64,000 bases of DNA, from NCBI GenBank assembly GCA_964493625.1, contig CAZBOU010000002.1, forward strand, positions 135,410-199,409, written 5' to 3'. Below, piece by piece: positions 36,080 through 45,277 of this stretch. Numbering within the stretch: position 1 is the stretch's first letter; each line of letters opens with the position of its first letter. Below the pieces are notes generated by a model. The model ran no database searches and was not told the DNA's origin. It worked only from the letters and a program-made list of their open reading frames with translations. Origin of the DNA: an uncultured Caldisericota bacterium. Its GTDB lineage: Bacteria > Caldisericota > Caldisericia > UBA6126. Both the position numbers and the translations under genes were made by a program.

Positions 36080-37708
36080 ATGAATTCGAACTATAAGATT
36101 CCGGTTCCTATCAATGAGCCCATTTTATCGTATGCCCCGAATTCTCCCGAGAGAATTCCGCTAAAAAAGAAGCTAGACGAAATGTATCAAACCAAAATAG
36201 AGATTCCTTTAATTATTGATGGGAAGGAAGTAAAAACCGGCAATATGGCTTCGTGTACTTGTCCACACGATCACCAACATATCCTCGCTGAATTCCATCA
36301 AGCGGGGGATCGTGAAATCAAAGACGCAATTCAATCTACACAGAAAGCTTGGACAACATGGTCTGTTATGCCCTGGGAAGAAAGAGCAGCCATTTTTCTA
36401 CGAGCAGCTGAGCTTTTAACAGGACCATATCGAGACGAAATGAATGCAGCAACCATGCTGTGCCAAAGCAAGAATGCTTACCAAGCTGAAATAGACTGTG
36501 TTGCTGAATTGGCAGATTTCTTACGATACAATGTTCACTTTATGCAGAAAATCTATCGAACACAACCTAACAATTCCAAGGGTATTTGGAATCGCTTAGA
36601 ATACAGACCTTTAGAAGGGTTTATTTATGCTATCACTCCCTTCAATTTTACTTCGATTGGTGGGAATCTACCAACGGCCCCTGCTATTATGAGCAATGTT
36701 TCTTTGTGGAAGCCAGCTAGGACTGCGGTCTACTCAAATTACGTATTCATGAAAATATTACTTGAAGCGGGGCTTCCGAAAGGTGTGATCAATTTTATTC
36801 CAGGTCCTTCTTCGGCCATTACCGATATTGTCCTAGATAGTCCGCATTTCGCTGGTGTTCATTTTACTGGCTCTACGGAAGTATTCCAAATGCTATGGAA
36901 ACGATCTTCTGAGAACCTGTCAAAATACAAGTCTTATCCTCGTATCGTTGGAGAAACGGGAGGAAAAGATTTTCTAGTAGTGCATCCATCTAGCTGTCCA
37001 AGAGAAGTTTCAACAGCCATTATTCGAGGTGCCTTTGAGTATCAAGGACAAAAGTGTTCTGCTAATTCTAGAGCATATTTACCAAAGTCACTATGGAACG
37101 AAATATGGAAGCAGCTACAAGAACAACTCAGCCGCATTAAAATGGGAGATGTTCGAGATTTTTCAAACTTCCTTAACGCTGTTATTGACAAACCTTCTTT
37201 CGACAAGATTAAAGATTATATACAATATGCGGATGAGCATAAAGATGCCCAGATTATTTGGGGAGGCACTTGTGACGATAGCAAAGGCTATTTTATAGAA
37301 CCTACCGTTATCCTTACAACAGATCCGCATTTCAAAACGATGGAAGAGGAAATTTTTGGACCTGTAATCACTTTTTACATCTATGAAGATGAAAAATATG
37401 AAGAAACTCTTGAGCTATGTAATACAACCTCTGAATATGGTTTAACAGGAGGGATATTTGCTCGAGATCGAGACGCTGTCATTTTGGCTGAAAATGTTTT
37501 ACGACATGCTGCTGGAAACTTCTACATCAATGATAAAACAACAGGAGCCGTCGTTGGACACCAACCTTTTGGTGGAGGTAGAAGCTCTGGTACTAACGAT
37601 AAGGCAGGAAGTGAATTTAACCTGCTTCGATGGACCAGTATTAGAAATACCAAAGAGTGTTTTGCTCCTGCCAAAGACTTTGTATACCCCTTTATGGAAG
37701 AAGAATAA
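36080..37708 (+). CDS. pruA: L-glutamate gamma-semialdehyde (1-pyrroline-5-carboxylate) dehydrogenase, long ALDH4-type
   Basis: NEPILSYAPNSPER N-terminus, Glu context VGETGGKDF, Cys context EYQGQKCSANSR. ATG 36080 preferred because GGAGG sits 5 nt upstream. Confidence 0.8.
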   Translation: MNSNYKIPVPINEPILSYAPNSPERIPLKKKLDEMYQTKIEIPLIIDGKEVKTGNMASCTCPHDHQHILAEFHQAGDREIKDAIQSTQKAWTTWSVMPWEERAAIFLRAAELLTGPYRDEMNAATMLCQSKNAYQAEIDCVAELADFLRYNVHFMQKIYRTQPNNSKGIWNRLEYRPLEGFIYAITPFNFTSIGGNLPTAPAIMSNVSLWKPARTAVYSNYVFMKILLEAGLPKGVINFIPGPSSAITDIVLDSPHFAGVHFTGSTEVFQMLWKRSSENLSKYKSYPRIVGETGGKDFLVVHPSSCPREVSTAIIRGAFEYQGQKCSANSRAYLPKSLWNEIWKQLQEQLSRIKMGDVRDFSNFLNAVIDKPSFDKIKDYIQYADEHKDAQIIWGGTCDDSKGYFIEPTVILTTDPHFKTMEEEIFGPVITFYIYEDEKYEETLELCNTTSEYGLTGGIFARDRDAVILAENVLRHAAGNFYINDKTTGAVVGHQPFGGGRSSGTNDKAGSEFNLLRWTSIRNTKECFAPAKDFVYPFMEEE

Positions 37709-37728
37709 AGAGTATCAACCACTACAGT

Positions 37729-37758
37729 ATCTGCCACAGTTCTAGGACTGTGGCAGAT
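37729..37758 (+). terminator. Hairpin after pruA (11-bp perfect stem, 8-nt loop)
   Basis: atctgccacag (37729-37739) / ctgtggcagat (37748-37758); no U-tract follows. Confidence 0.4.
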
Positions 37759-37779
37759 CTTGAAGGGAGGACCGCGAAC

Positions 37780-38637
37780 ATGAGAAGAATATGCACCATC
37801 TTTGTTATATGTTTGTTGTGTATAGCCCCTACGTTTACCTCTTTTGGTCAAACCAAAGCCGTTCGATATTTGGAAGATATTTTTCAGCCTGAACAATTGA
37901 AAATTGAGACAGACATTGTTTACAAAACGATTGAAAAGTCAAATAAATCCATTCTGGAACTAAAAATGGACATTGTTTCGCCCCTTGAGGAATCATCCAA
38001 AAAACGACCTTTGCTGGTTTGGATCCATGGGGGTGGATTTGTGAGCGGTTCGAAGGAAGTAATGATGAAACGTTGCATCGAGTTCGCTCAGCTTGGTTAT
38101 GTAACATGCACGATCAACTATAGGCTAGTTCGCGATCTTTCTTACCCTTTTACGATGGATACGGTAATTGAAGCAGCTGTAGATGATTCTCGAGATGCCA
38201 TTGATTGGCTACTGGACAATGCATTCACATTTGGTATTGACGAAAACATAGTGTTAGTGGGGGGTTCTTCTGCAGGTGCAATCACCTCTTGTCACGTTGC
38301 CTATGACGATAGACCATGGAATAACAAAGACAAGTTGAAAGGAATCATATCTTTATGGGGAGGAATTCTTCCCACTCATTCAGCAGATTTTGAATTGGGA
38401 TTGATCTCATATGATGTGATTGTTGATGAGGACGAGTGTTCTGTTTGTATTATTCATGGTGCTAAAGATACTACTGTGCCTGTTTCCATGGCCTATGCAT
38501 TGGAAGAAAAGTGTGCAGACGCTGGAATCCCATGCATCATGAAAATAGATCCCCATGCTGCCCATGGCGTGCGATCTGATATCAACAAAATATATCACTC
38601 CATTGAACCTCTGTTTTTGTATATTTGTATGCAATAG
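37780..38637 (+). CDS. Exported alpha/beta hydrolase (esterase/lipase, HGGG type)
   Basis: Oxyanion VWIHGGGF, nucleophile elbow GGSSAGA, signal-like MRRICTIFVICLLCIAPTFTSFG. Start moved to ATG 37780 (GGGAGG RBS). The track extension overlaps pruA and the hairpin. Confidence 0.75.
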   Translation: MRRICTIFVICLLCIAPTFTSFGQTKAVRYLEDIFQPEQLKIETDIVYKTIEKSNKSILELKMDIVSPLEESSKKRPLLVWIHGGGFVSGSKEVMMKRCIEFAQLGYVTCTINYRLVRDLSYPFTMDTVIEAAVDDSRDAIDWLLDNAFTFGIDENIVLVGGSSAGAITSCHVAYDDRPWNNKDKLKGIISLWGGILPTHSADFELGLISYDVIVDEDECSVCIIHGAKDTTVPVSMAYALEEKCADAGIPCIMKIDPHAAHGVRSDINKIYHSIEPLFLYICMQ

Positions 38638-38702
38638 TCTTGTATGCAGGGTTTCTATTTTCGAAAATTATTGTACAATACAATATCGATTTCAATCGAA
38701 AT

Positions 38703-38788
38703 GCCGAAGTGGCGAAACTGGTAGACGCGGCAGACTCAAAATCTGCAGGAGTTCACTCTCCGTGAGGGTTCGAGTCCCCCCTTCGGCA
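38703..38788 (+). tRNA. tRNA-Leu: tRNA-Leu (anticodon CAA), long variable arm, no encoded CCA
   Basis: Acceptor GCCGAAG/CTTCGGC plus discriminator A. Anticodon stem GCAGA/TCTGC with loop CTCAAAA. Variable arm GGAGTTCACTCTCC. T-arm GAGGGTTCGAGTCCCCC. Followed by a T-run. Confidence 0.9.
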
Positions 38789-38835
38789 TATTTTTTATGG
38801 TTGTTTTCTTTTTTTCAACTTCCTTTATCTCTTCG

Positions 38836-39378
38836 TTACGATTCTTTTCTATTTCCGTGGTTTTGTTTCCACATAACCTGAAGAAAAGCTCCAAATAGAA
38901 CAATGGTTAGAAGGAAACTAAGAATGGGTCCTACAACCGGAATCCATTGGAAGAAGTAAAGAATGGCTACTCCAACGCAAACAGTGATCCAATCAAGGCG
39001 TTCTTTTTTGGTGATCCAATAGAATACAAAATACCCAGTTGTAATCCCTGCAAGTGCATGCGAAAACATCCAAAGTGCGATAGATCCAAAAAGCATAGAA
39101 AGGGCAACCTTCCAACCAAAACCAATAATAAAGAGGACAAGCAAACCAATTGGTAAGGCTACAAGGAATAAGAGTCCTATTCCTAACGAAATCCAAAAAT
39201 TCTTCTGTACGGTTTCCACTGTTTTTTTACTGCTAGAATGGAATACATAAAAAACAAGGATAGCCAAAAGAAGAGAAGCCAAAAAAGCAAATATCTTGGA
39301 CCGAATTGGGAATGATTTTTTAGGTGGGGCTTCTGTCTCTACAGGTTTTGTAGGGGCTGATTTTACATCCATTGTCAC
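38836..39378 (-). CDS. Integral membrane protein, unknown function (downstream partner of the beta-helix repeat protein)
   Basis: 180 aa, 4 TM after a Pro/Lys-rich N-terminus. Confidence 0.5.
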   Translation of the reverse strand: MTMDVKSAPTKPVETEAPPKKSFPIRSKIFAFLASLLLAILVFYVFHSSSKKTVETVQKNFWISLGIGLLFLVALPIGLLVLFIIGFGWKVALSMLFGSIALWMFSHALAGITTGYFVFYWITKKERLDWITVCVGVAILYFFQWIPVVGPILSFLLTIVLFGAFLQVMWKQNHGNRKES

Positions 39379-39438
39379 AATGTATGCATTGTCGGAAATA
39401 GAAAGAGAGGCATTGCTACTGTATCGAAGTTCTTGGAT

Positions 39439-39957
39439 TTATGCTCCATCTTCAATAATAATGGTGTTTGCATTCATGTCAGCGCTACCGGATGTACCCA
39501 TAAATCGAATGGTATCTCCGAAGAATTGCACCAAACCCTGTACGGTTCCTTTCATTGTTAATGTGCTAGAAAGAACAAACAGATTTCCTTCAATAGTGCT
39601 ATTCGGGGAAATCTCCACAATATTTCCTACAATAAAAACATCTCCTTGTACATTTCCTTCTATCCAAATTTTATTGCCGCAAACAAAAGAATTACCCTGT
39701 GTAGTACCTGATTGAGTGTAATTGTTGCCCAGAGCGAATACATCTTTGCCTGTGTTGGCATTGTTTTTTACCGTCGACCCAATCAGGAAAAGGTTGTGCT
39801 CCACTTCTAGCGGTGGAATCTGGTACGTTTCACCTGCATAAAACGTGTCTTTGTGAATGTTAAGTGTGTCTGGTTCTTCTTGTGTCTGAGCAAAACTGTG
39901 AAAAGGCATAAAAAGCATAAGCGCAAGAAGAAGTACAAAAATAATAGTTCTTTTCAC
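39439..39957 (-). CDS. Signal-peptide-bearing bactofilin-like (polymer-forming, beta-helix repeat) protein
   Basis: MKRTIIFVLLLALMLFMPFHSFAQ signal. Repeats GNKIWIEGNVQGDVFIVGNIVEISPNSTIEGNLFVLSSTLTMKGTVQG resemble the bactofilin/DUF583 periodicity. Confidence 0.45.
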   Translation of the reverse strand: MKRTIIFVLLLALMLFMPFHSFAQTQEEPDTLNIHKDTFYAGETYQIPPLEVEHNLFLIGSTVKNNANTGKDVFALGNNYTQSGTTQGNSFVCGNKIWIEGNVQGDVFIVGNIVEISPNSTIEGNLFVLSSTLTMKGTVQGLVQFFGDTIRFMGTSGSADMNANTIIIEDGA

Positions 39958-39983
39958 CTGTAGCCTCCTTATATAATGAATAG

Positions 39984-40436
39984 CTATATAAAAAAGTGAA
40001 CAACACCCTTGCTAGTAAGGGTTACAATACTACCTGCTATAACAATCCCAAGCAAAATATAGAACAAGGAAGTAGTCTTGTGCATCCGGAGCAAAAAGGA
40101 AACAATCGATCCTGTATAAGCTCCCGTTCCTGGCAAGGGGATGGCAACTAACAGTAAAAGACCTATCCAGCCATATTTATGAACCGCATTTTGTTTCCGT
40201 TCTGCATACAAAAGGGCTTTGTCAAACCAGATCCACAAAAAAAAGTCTCGACGGTTTCGCAATGGTTCTAAAAGGGGTAGCATATATACGAGCATTATTG
40301 CAGGGATTAAGTTGCCCAGAATGGAAACAAGAAAAACCATCTCCCATCCTAAGCCTGCTCCAATTCCACTTGGGATAGACAAACGTAATTCTCCAATTGG
40401 AGTCATTGCCAAAGCAAATACATAAAATAGATTCAT
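39984..40436 (-). CDS. Small multidrug export-like membrane protein (Sm_multidrug_ex / COG2426)
   Basis: TPIGELRLSIPSGIGAGL...ILGNLIPAIMLV pattern, 150 aa, 4 TM. Confidence 0.65.
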   Translation of the reverse strand: MNLFYVFALAMTPIGELRLSIPSGIGAGLGWEMVFLVSILGNLIPAIMLVYMLPLLEPLRNRRDFFLWIWFDKALLYAERKQNAVHKYGWIGLLLLVAIPLPGTGAYTGSIVSFLLRMHKTTSLFYILLGIVIAGSIVTLTSKGVVHFFI

Positions 40437-40485
40437 GCATTTAGTATCAATTTGTTTTTCTATCTTTCAATCATAAAATGAAAAT

Positions 40486-41526
40486 ATGAACAATAAAAAA
40501 GTAATTCATATTGGTGACATTAGCATAGGTGGAGATCATCCCATTGCTATTCAAAGTATGCTTAGTTGCCACCCAGCTGAGAAATCAATCGCATTAAATC
40601 AAATCAAAGAATTGGAAGAAGTGGGGTGCCAAATTCTTCGAGTAGCTTTTCCTGATATGGAGGCTGTGGAGGCGATTCCATTTCTTCTATCGAACTGTAA
40701 AATGCCACTTGTTGCTGATGTTCATTTTCATCCATCCATTGCTATGGAATGTATCAAAAAGGGAGTTCATAAACTTCGATTGAATCCGTCCAATATAAAA
40801 AGAAAAGAAGATCAACAAAAAATTGTTCACCTTGCTAAGGAATACTCTGTGCCCATCCGCATAGGAGTAAATGGTGGATCGTTTCACCGCGTGTTAACAG
40901 AAGAAGAGGCATTGAGCGAGATTCAACATCTACTACAAAAAGAGATTCAGTTCCTCCTAGAGGAAGATTTTGATTCCATTGTTCTTTCGGGAAAAACTTC
41001 CGAGATTCGACTCAATTATGCAGTGAATCAATGGGTTTACGATACCTTTCCATTTCCGATTCACATAGGAGTTACGGAGGCAGGCCCTTTGATACCCGGT
41101 ATCATTCAAACAGCTATCGGATTGCAACCGCTTTTGGAAAAGAAAATTGGCAATACGATTCGCGTATCCCTCACTGGAGAATTGCGAAACGAAGTACTTG
41201 CAGCAAAGTATCTACTTCAAACGTTTGATTTGCATAAAAGCGTTCGTATAACGAGTTGCCCAACGTGTGGCCGATGCAAATGGGATGTCAAATCCTATGT
41301 GGAAAGATTAGAAAGAGATACGTTGCCTATACAAAAATCGATTCATGTTGCCATGATGGGCTGTGAAGTGAATGGTCCTGGCGAGGCAGCAAATGCCGAT
41401 ATTGGTATGGCTGGGTCAGGCAAAAAGGCAGTTCTATTTCGAAAAGGAATCATTCAATCAACAGGAACAACGGAAGAGATATACCAGTTGTTGTTGCAAA
41501 TGATCTTTCATTCTTCAGCAGATTGA
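40486..41526 (+). CDS. ispG: 4-hydroxy-3-methylbut-2-en-1-yl diphosphate synthase
   Basis: IGGDHPIAIQSM, PLVADVHFH, IRIGVNGGS, GVTEAGP, SCPTCGRC, GCEVNGPGEA. Confidence 0.93.
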   Translation: MNNKKVIHIGDISIGGDHPIAIQSMLSCHPAEKSIALNQIKELEEVGCQILRVAFPDMEAVEAIPFLLSNCKMPLVADVHFHPSIAMECIKKGVHKLRLNPSNIKRKEDQQKIVHLAKEYSVPIRIGVNGGSFHRVLTEEEALSEIQHLLQKEIQFLLEEDFDSIVLSGKTSEIRLNYAVNQWVYDTFPFPIHIGVTEAGPLIPGIIQTAIGLQPLLEKKIGNTIRVSLTGELRNEVLAAKYLLQTFDLHKSVRITSCPTCGRCKWDVKSYVERLERDTLPIQKSIHVAMMGCEVNGPGEAANADIGMAGSGKKAVLFRKGIIQSTGTTEEIYQLLLQMIFHSSAD

Positions 41527-42578
41527 GGTTTGGTGTATACAAGTTGTGTAGGGTATGCAAACTCAATTCCTTTTTCTTCAAACCTTTCAAAAATAGATAG
41601 ATTAATAGATTGTTGGACATCCATAAACTCATCATAGTTGTTGTTTAGGACATAATATACGGTTTCAAAGTTCAGACTAAAATTACCAAAGTTTTTAAAG
41701 TGACAACGACCAAAACGAACATTTGTTTTTTCTTCAATAATGGTTTGAATCAATGCGGGGACTTCTTTGACCAATGACGATGGTGTTTCATACAAAATAC
41801 CGATAGAGAAGGATGCTCTTCTTTCTTCCATTTTTTTGTAGTTTTGAATCAGATTGTTGATAAGTTGAGAATTGGAAAGAACAATTTCTTCTCCACTTAA
41901 ACTCTGAATGCGAGAACTAGCAAGCCCAATGGCCTTTAATGTACCGCTTTGGTCGGAAAAAGCTATATAATCCCCTGCTTCAAATGGTTTGTCTAGGATG
42001 ATCGTAAAATAGCAAATGATATCTTCTACAATTCCTCTTGCTGCCATTGCACCTGCTAATCCTAGTATACCTACAGAAGCGATCAGGGCTGTAACGTCAA
42101 CTCCGAAATAATCCAGTACGATGAGGCTCGAAACAACCCAAATAAACCCTGTAATGATTTGAATCAAACCTTTGAAATTTTCATGAGAAGAAGAAGTAGA
42201 ATATTGTTTTTTAAGTAAATGATAAATCCAATTTTTTACCATTGAACTGACAGACTTTGTTACAATAACAACTGCGAAGAGGAAGAAAACCCGGTTAACC
42301 CAAACAGAAGCGGTAACGGAGAAAACGATTAACTGTAGAGAGATATAAACAACGAGAAGCTCACATAGAGGGACAATGGTAGTTTTGATTAAATCACAAA
42401 CAATATCGTTCCATTGGGCTGTGGTTTCTTTTGTTTTGTTGACCAACCAGCAAATCAGTATTTTGCGGATTACAATGCGCGTAATGAGCAAGCCAACTAC
42501 CAATATAGAGAAAGCCCAGATATAATTGACTACAGGATTGTTAAAAAAGGACAGCTGCAAAAAATCTGAAAAATTCAC
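41508..42578 (-). CDS. Mechanosensitive ion channel (MscS family)
   Basis: LDKPFEAGDYIAFSDQSGTLKAIGLASSRIQSLSGEEIVLSNSQL beta-domain signature. GTG 42578 preferred (GGAGGA 6 nt upstream) over track TTG 42644. Confidence 0.85.
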   Translation of the reverse strand: MNFSDFLQLSFFNNPVVNYIWAFSILVVGLLITRIVIRKILICWLVNKTKETTAQWNDIVCDLIKTTIVPLCELLVVYISLQLIVFSVTASVWVNRVFFLFAVVIVTKSVSSMVKNWIYHLLKKQYSTSSSHENFKGLIQIITGFIWVVSSLIVLDYFGVDVTALIASVGILGLAGAMAARGIVEDIICYFTIILDKPFEAGDYIAFSDQSGTLKAIGLASSRIQSLSGEEIVLSNSQLINNLIQNYKKMEERRASFSIGILYETPSSLVKEVPALIQTIIEEKTNVRFGRCHFKNFGNFSLNFETVYYVLNNNYDEFMDVQQSINLSIFERFEEKGIEFAYPTQLVYTKPQSAEE

Positions 42579-42634
42579 AATACATCCTCCAAGTTCATCG
42601 TTTATTATTCCATTACATTCAATATAATAGAAGA

Positions 42635-43192
42635 ATGAAAACAAAACAAAGTGTACACAAAAAGTATAGTATAGTTGGTTGGTTTTTTTTAGTGATATTG
42701 TTGATTTTCCTCTTTCTCTTTGGATTCTTTTTTATTCGTAATGCGAATCGGACTCCTTCTGATGGAAGTACCGGTTCGGGAACATCTTCTTCCACAGTAA
42801 CCCCTGCATCCCAAAGTGATACAAAACAAACAGAAACACAATCCAACTCACAGACAGAAAAAGATAAACCTCCTATTGTGCCTGAGAAGAACGACAACGT
42901 CTCTACTAGAAAAAAAATAGATACACATATCGTGCCAAGTGAACCCATTGAAATTGAGATTCCCACGCCTCCTCTCGGCGATGTTGAGGCAGTTCCTGAC
43001 TACAATCAATTGCTACGACTCAATGACCTACAAAAGTCTTTCGATTCTTTATCTACATACTTAGAAGAGCTAGAAGAAGAATTCAAGAACAATCCTTCTG
43101 ATAAAGAACTGCAAGAACTCATTAGGGAAACCAAGAAAGAACTAGACAGAATTACCGAAGAAAGAGAGTCTATCCTCAATGGCGATTTTTGA
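42635..43192 (+). CDS. Single-pass membrane protein with Ser/Thr-rich linker and acidic coiled-coil tail, unknown function
   Basis: 185 aa; TM IVGWFFLVILLIFLFLFGFFFI. TATAAT at 42623-42628 lies only 6 nt before the ATG. The 3' end overlaps the sdaAB start. Confidence 0.5.
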   Translation: MKTKQSVHKKYSIVGWFFLVILLIFLFLFGFFFIRNANRTPSDGSTGSGTSSSTVTPASQSDTKQTETQSNSQTEKDKPPIVPEKNDNVSTRKKIDTHIVPSEPIEIEIPTPPLGDVEAVPDYNQLLRLNDLQKSFDSLSTYLEELEEEFKNNPSDKELQELIRETKKELDRITEERESILNGDF

Positions 43193-43850
43193 TATTATTG
43201 GGCCTGTGATGATTGGTCCGTCAAGTTCCCATACGGCGGGTGCAAACCGTATTGGATATATGGCCGCTCTCTGCTACGGGAAACCGTTTCATTCAGTGGA
43301 GATAAAACTATACAATTCTTTTGCCAGCACTGGTTTTGGGCATGGTACGGATCAGGCAATTGTCGCAGGATTGTTGGGCTTTAAAATGGATGATGAAAGA
43401 ATTCCTTATGCATTTGAGATTGCAAAAGAAAGAAGCCTTGCTTACAATTTCCGAAAAAGCTATAAGCGGGATCACCATCCAAATGAAGTGCGAATTGTTT
43501 TTCACCGGGGCTCCGCTCATTCATTTCTCATTCGAGGGGTCTCCATTGGAGCTGGTAAGGCAAAAATTACACAAGTGCAAGAGGACAATGTTTCATTTGG
43601 AGGAGATCATGCAGTTTTGTTGCTTAATTACAAGGATATTACGGGCATGATAGGCTTTATAGGAGGTATTTTAGGAAAGCATCAGGTGAATGTAGCCTAT
43701 ATGCAAACTTCTCGAAATGCACTGAAGGGAACAGCTATGGCCATGTTGAAACTGGACGAAGAATGCCCCAACGATGCCATTGTTGAACTAAAGAACCATT
43801 CCGATATGCATAGAGTGATTTCAATAAGGAAGTTAAACAATGAGTACTAA
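43179..43850 (+). CDS. sdaAB: L-serine dehydratase (Fe-S dependent), beta subunit
   Basis: IFDIIGPVMIGPSSSHTAGANRIG N-terminus, ACT-like C-terminus. Confidence 0.9.
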   Translation: MAIFDIIGPVMIGPSSSHTAGANRIGYMAALCYGKPFHSVEIKLYNSFASTGFGHGTDQAIVAGLLGFKMDDERIPYAFEIAKERSLAYNFRKSYKRDHHPNEVRIVFHRGSAHSFLIRGVSIGAGKAKITQVQEDNVSFGGDHAVLLLNYKDITGMIGFIGGILGKHQVNVAYMQTSRNALKGTAMAMLKLDEECPNDAIVELKNHSDMHRVISIRKLNNEY

Positions 43851-44760
43851 AGAAATTCCAAATCGTATTCGCATTCGATCCACACAAGATGTACGTCATT
43901 ACTTAAAAACCTATCCATTCAAAGGGTTAACTGACTTTTTTATCGAATACGAATCAAGAAACAGATTGCTTCCCAAAGATGAAGTTTATAAACGGATGCA
44001 AAGCACCATTAAAATCATGAAAGAGTCTATCGAAAAAGGAAAAACCAAGGCTAATATTACTCCTAGTGGCTTGATAAATGGGGGGTGCGATACTTTTATG
44101 AAGAATACCCCTGATACAGTTTCATTACTTGGAGATTGGTTTAATGCTGTTATATCAAATACATTGGCCGTTTCTGAGTTAAATGCTTGTATGGGTCGCA
44201 TTGTTGCTTCTCCTACTGCAGGAGCTTGTGGAGTGATGCCCGGAGCATTTCTTACTATTTGTGAAAAATTTGAGATTCCAGAAGAAAGGCAAATTCAATC
44301 CTTGTTTATCGCTGGTGGAATTGGTGAACTGATTCAAATCAATGCTTCTTTGTCCGGTTCTCAGCATGGGTGCCAGGCAGAAGTTGGTTCAGCTAGTGCA
44401 ATTACCGCATCGGCTATTGTTTCATTGTTTGAGATTTCGTTGGATAAGATTGAAAATGCCGCTGCCATGGCATTGGCTAATTTGTTAGGTTTGGTATGCG
44501 ATCCTGTGGCGGGTTTGGTTGAGTTTCCATGTGTCAATCGCAATATTGCTGGTAGCGTGAATGCTATTGCATCTGCTCAAATGGCTTTAGCCGGCTTAAC
44601 GTCTCCTATTCCTTTTGACGAAGTAGTATGTGCTATGAAACAAATTGGAGATGACTTACCTGCTAGCTTAAAAGAAACGTCGCGAGGTGGCTTAGCTACT
44701 ACTCCAACTGGGCTGCGAATTCAAAGGAAAGTTCGAAATGTTGATTCAGAAAACATGTAA
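43840..44760 (+). CDS. sdaAA: L-serine dehydratase (Fe-S dependent), alpha subunit
   Basis: GRIVASPTAGACGVMPGA and SGSQHGCQAEVGSAS motifs; overlaps sdaAB by 11 nt. Confidence 0.9.
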   Translation: MSTKEIPNRIRIRSTQDVRHYLKTYPFKGLTDFFIEYESRNRLLPKDEVYKRMQSTIKIMKESIEKGKTKANITPSGLINGGCDTFMKNTPDTVSLLGDWFNAVISNTLAVSELNACMGRIVASPTAGACGVMPGAFLTICEKFEIPEERQIQSLFIAGGIGELIQINASLSGSQHGCQAEVGSASAITASAIVSLFEISLDKIENAAAMALANLLGLVCDPVAGLVEFPCVNRNIAGSVNAIASAQMALAGLTSPIPFDEVVCAMKQIGDDLPASLKETSRGGLATTPTGLRIQRKVRNVDSENM

Positions 44761-45277
44761 TACCTACGCTAGAGTATTTTGTAGTATTTTATCAGGGATT
44801 TTGTTTCTTGGCTTGTTGTTTGGAAGCACACATGCCTTTCCTTCATTAGACAAAGAATTGCATTCCATTGAGTTACAAATTGACAACCCATTCATGAATG
44901 TTGATGGTGTGTCGATGAAAATTGATCCATTGTCGGAGGCTGCTCCCATTATTGTCCCGTCTTGGAAACGCTCTATGATCCCTTTAAGAGGTGTCTTGGA
45001 ACACATGGGAACTACCATCGAATGGGTCGCAGAAGAAAAAAAGATAACGATTTATAAAGAACAAACTTCTACTGAAATCGTTCTTTATATTGATCAGCCT
45101 AAAGCTCTTGTTCAGGGGGATACATGTTGGATTGATGAAGAAAATCATCGAGTAGCCCCCTTTATTGTTGACAAAAGAGCCTATATTCCTGTTTTGTTTG
45201 TGGGAAAAACACTTCGCGCAAAAGTAACTTGGTACCCCAAAAATAAGTTTATCTCTATTCAATGGACAGATAAATGA
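44738..45277 (+). CDS. Exported protein made of copper-amine-oxidase-N-like (stalk) domain halves
   Basis: FMNVDGVSMKIDPLSEAAPIIVPSWKRSMIPLRGVLEHMGTTIEW and a second half ALVQGDTCWIDEENHRVAPFIVDKRAYIPVLFVGKTL; N-terminal hydrophobic segment. Confidence 0.65.
   Translation: MLIQKTCNTYARVFCSILSGILFLGLLFGSTHAFPSLDKELHSIELQIDNPFMNVDGVSMKIDPLSEAAPIIVPSWKRSMIPLRGVLEHMGTTIEWVAEEKKITIYKEQTSTEIVLYIDQPKALVQGDTCWIDEENHRVAPFIVDKRAYIPVLFVGKTLRAKVTWYPKNKFISIQWTDK

Noticed and set aside
37657-37779. N-terminal extension of the esterase ORF (and antisense ORF 37522-37896) overlapping the end of pruA.
   Set aside because: The extension overlaps pruA coding sequence and the post-pruA hairpin. A GGGAGG RBS and a signal peptide start at ATG 37780.
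38703-38835. tRNA-Leu as an integration hotspot (genomic island boundary).
   Set aside because: There is no integrase nearby and I could find no direct repeat of the tRNA 3' end. Flanking genes look like ordinary chromosomal genes.
42619-42966. 115-aa minus-strand ORF overlapping the 42635-43192 plus-strand gene, and the TTG-extended MscS start at 42644.
   Set aside because: The plus-strand gene has a clear TM segment, a promoter-like TATAAT and coupling to sdaAB. MscS has a well-placed GGAGGA-GTG start at 42578, so the minus ORF and the extension are unnecessary.
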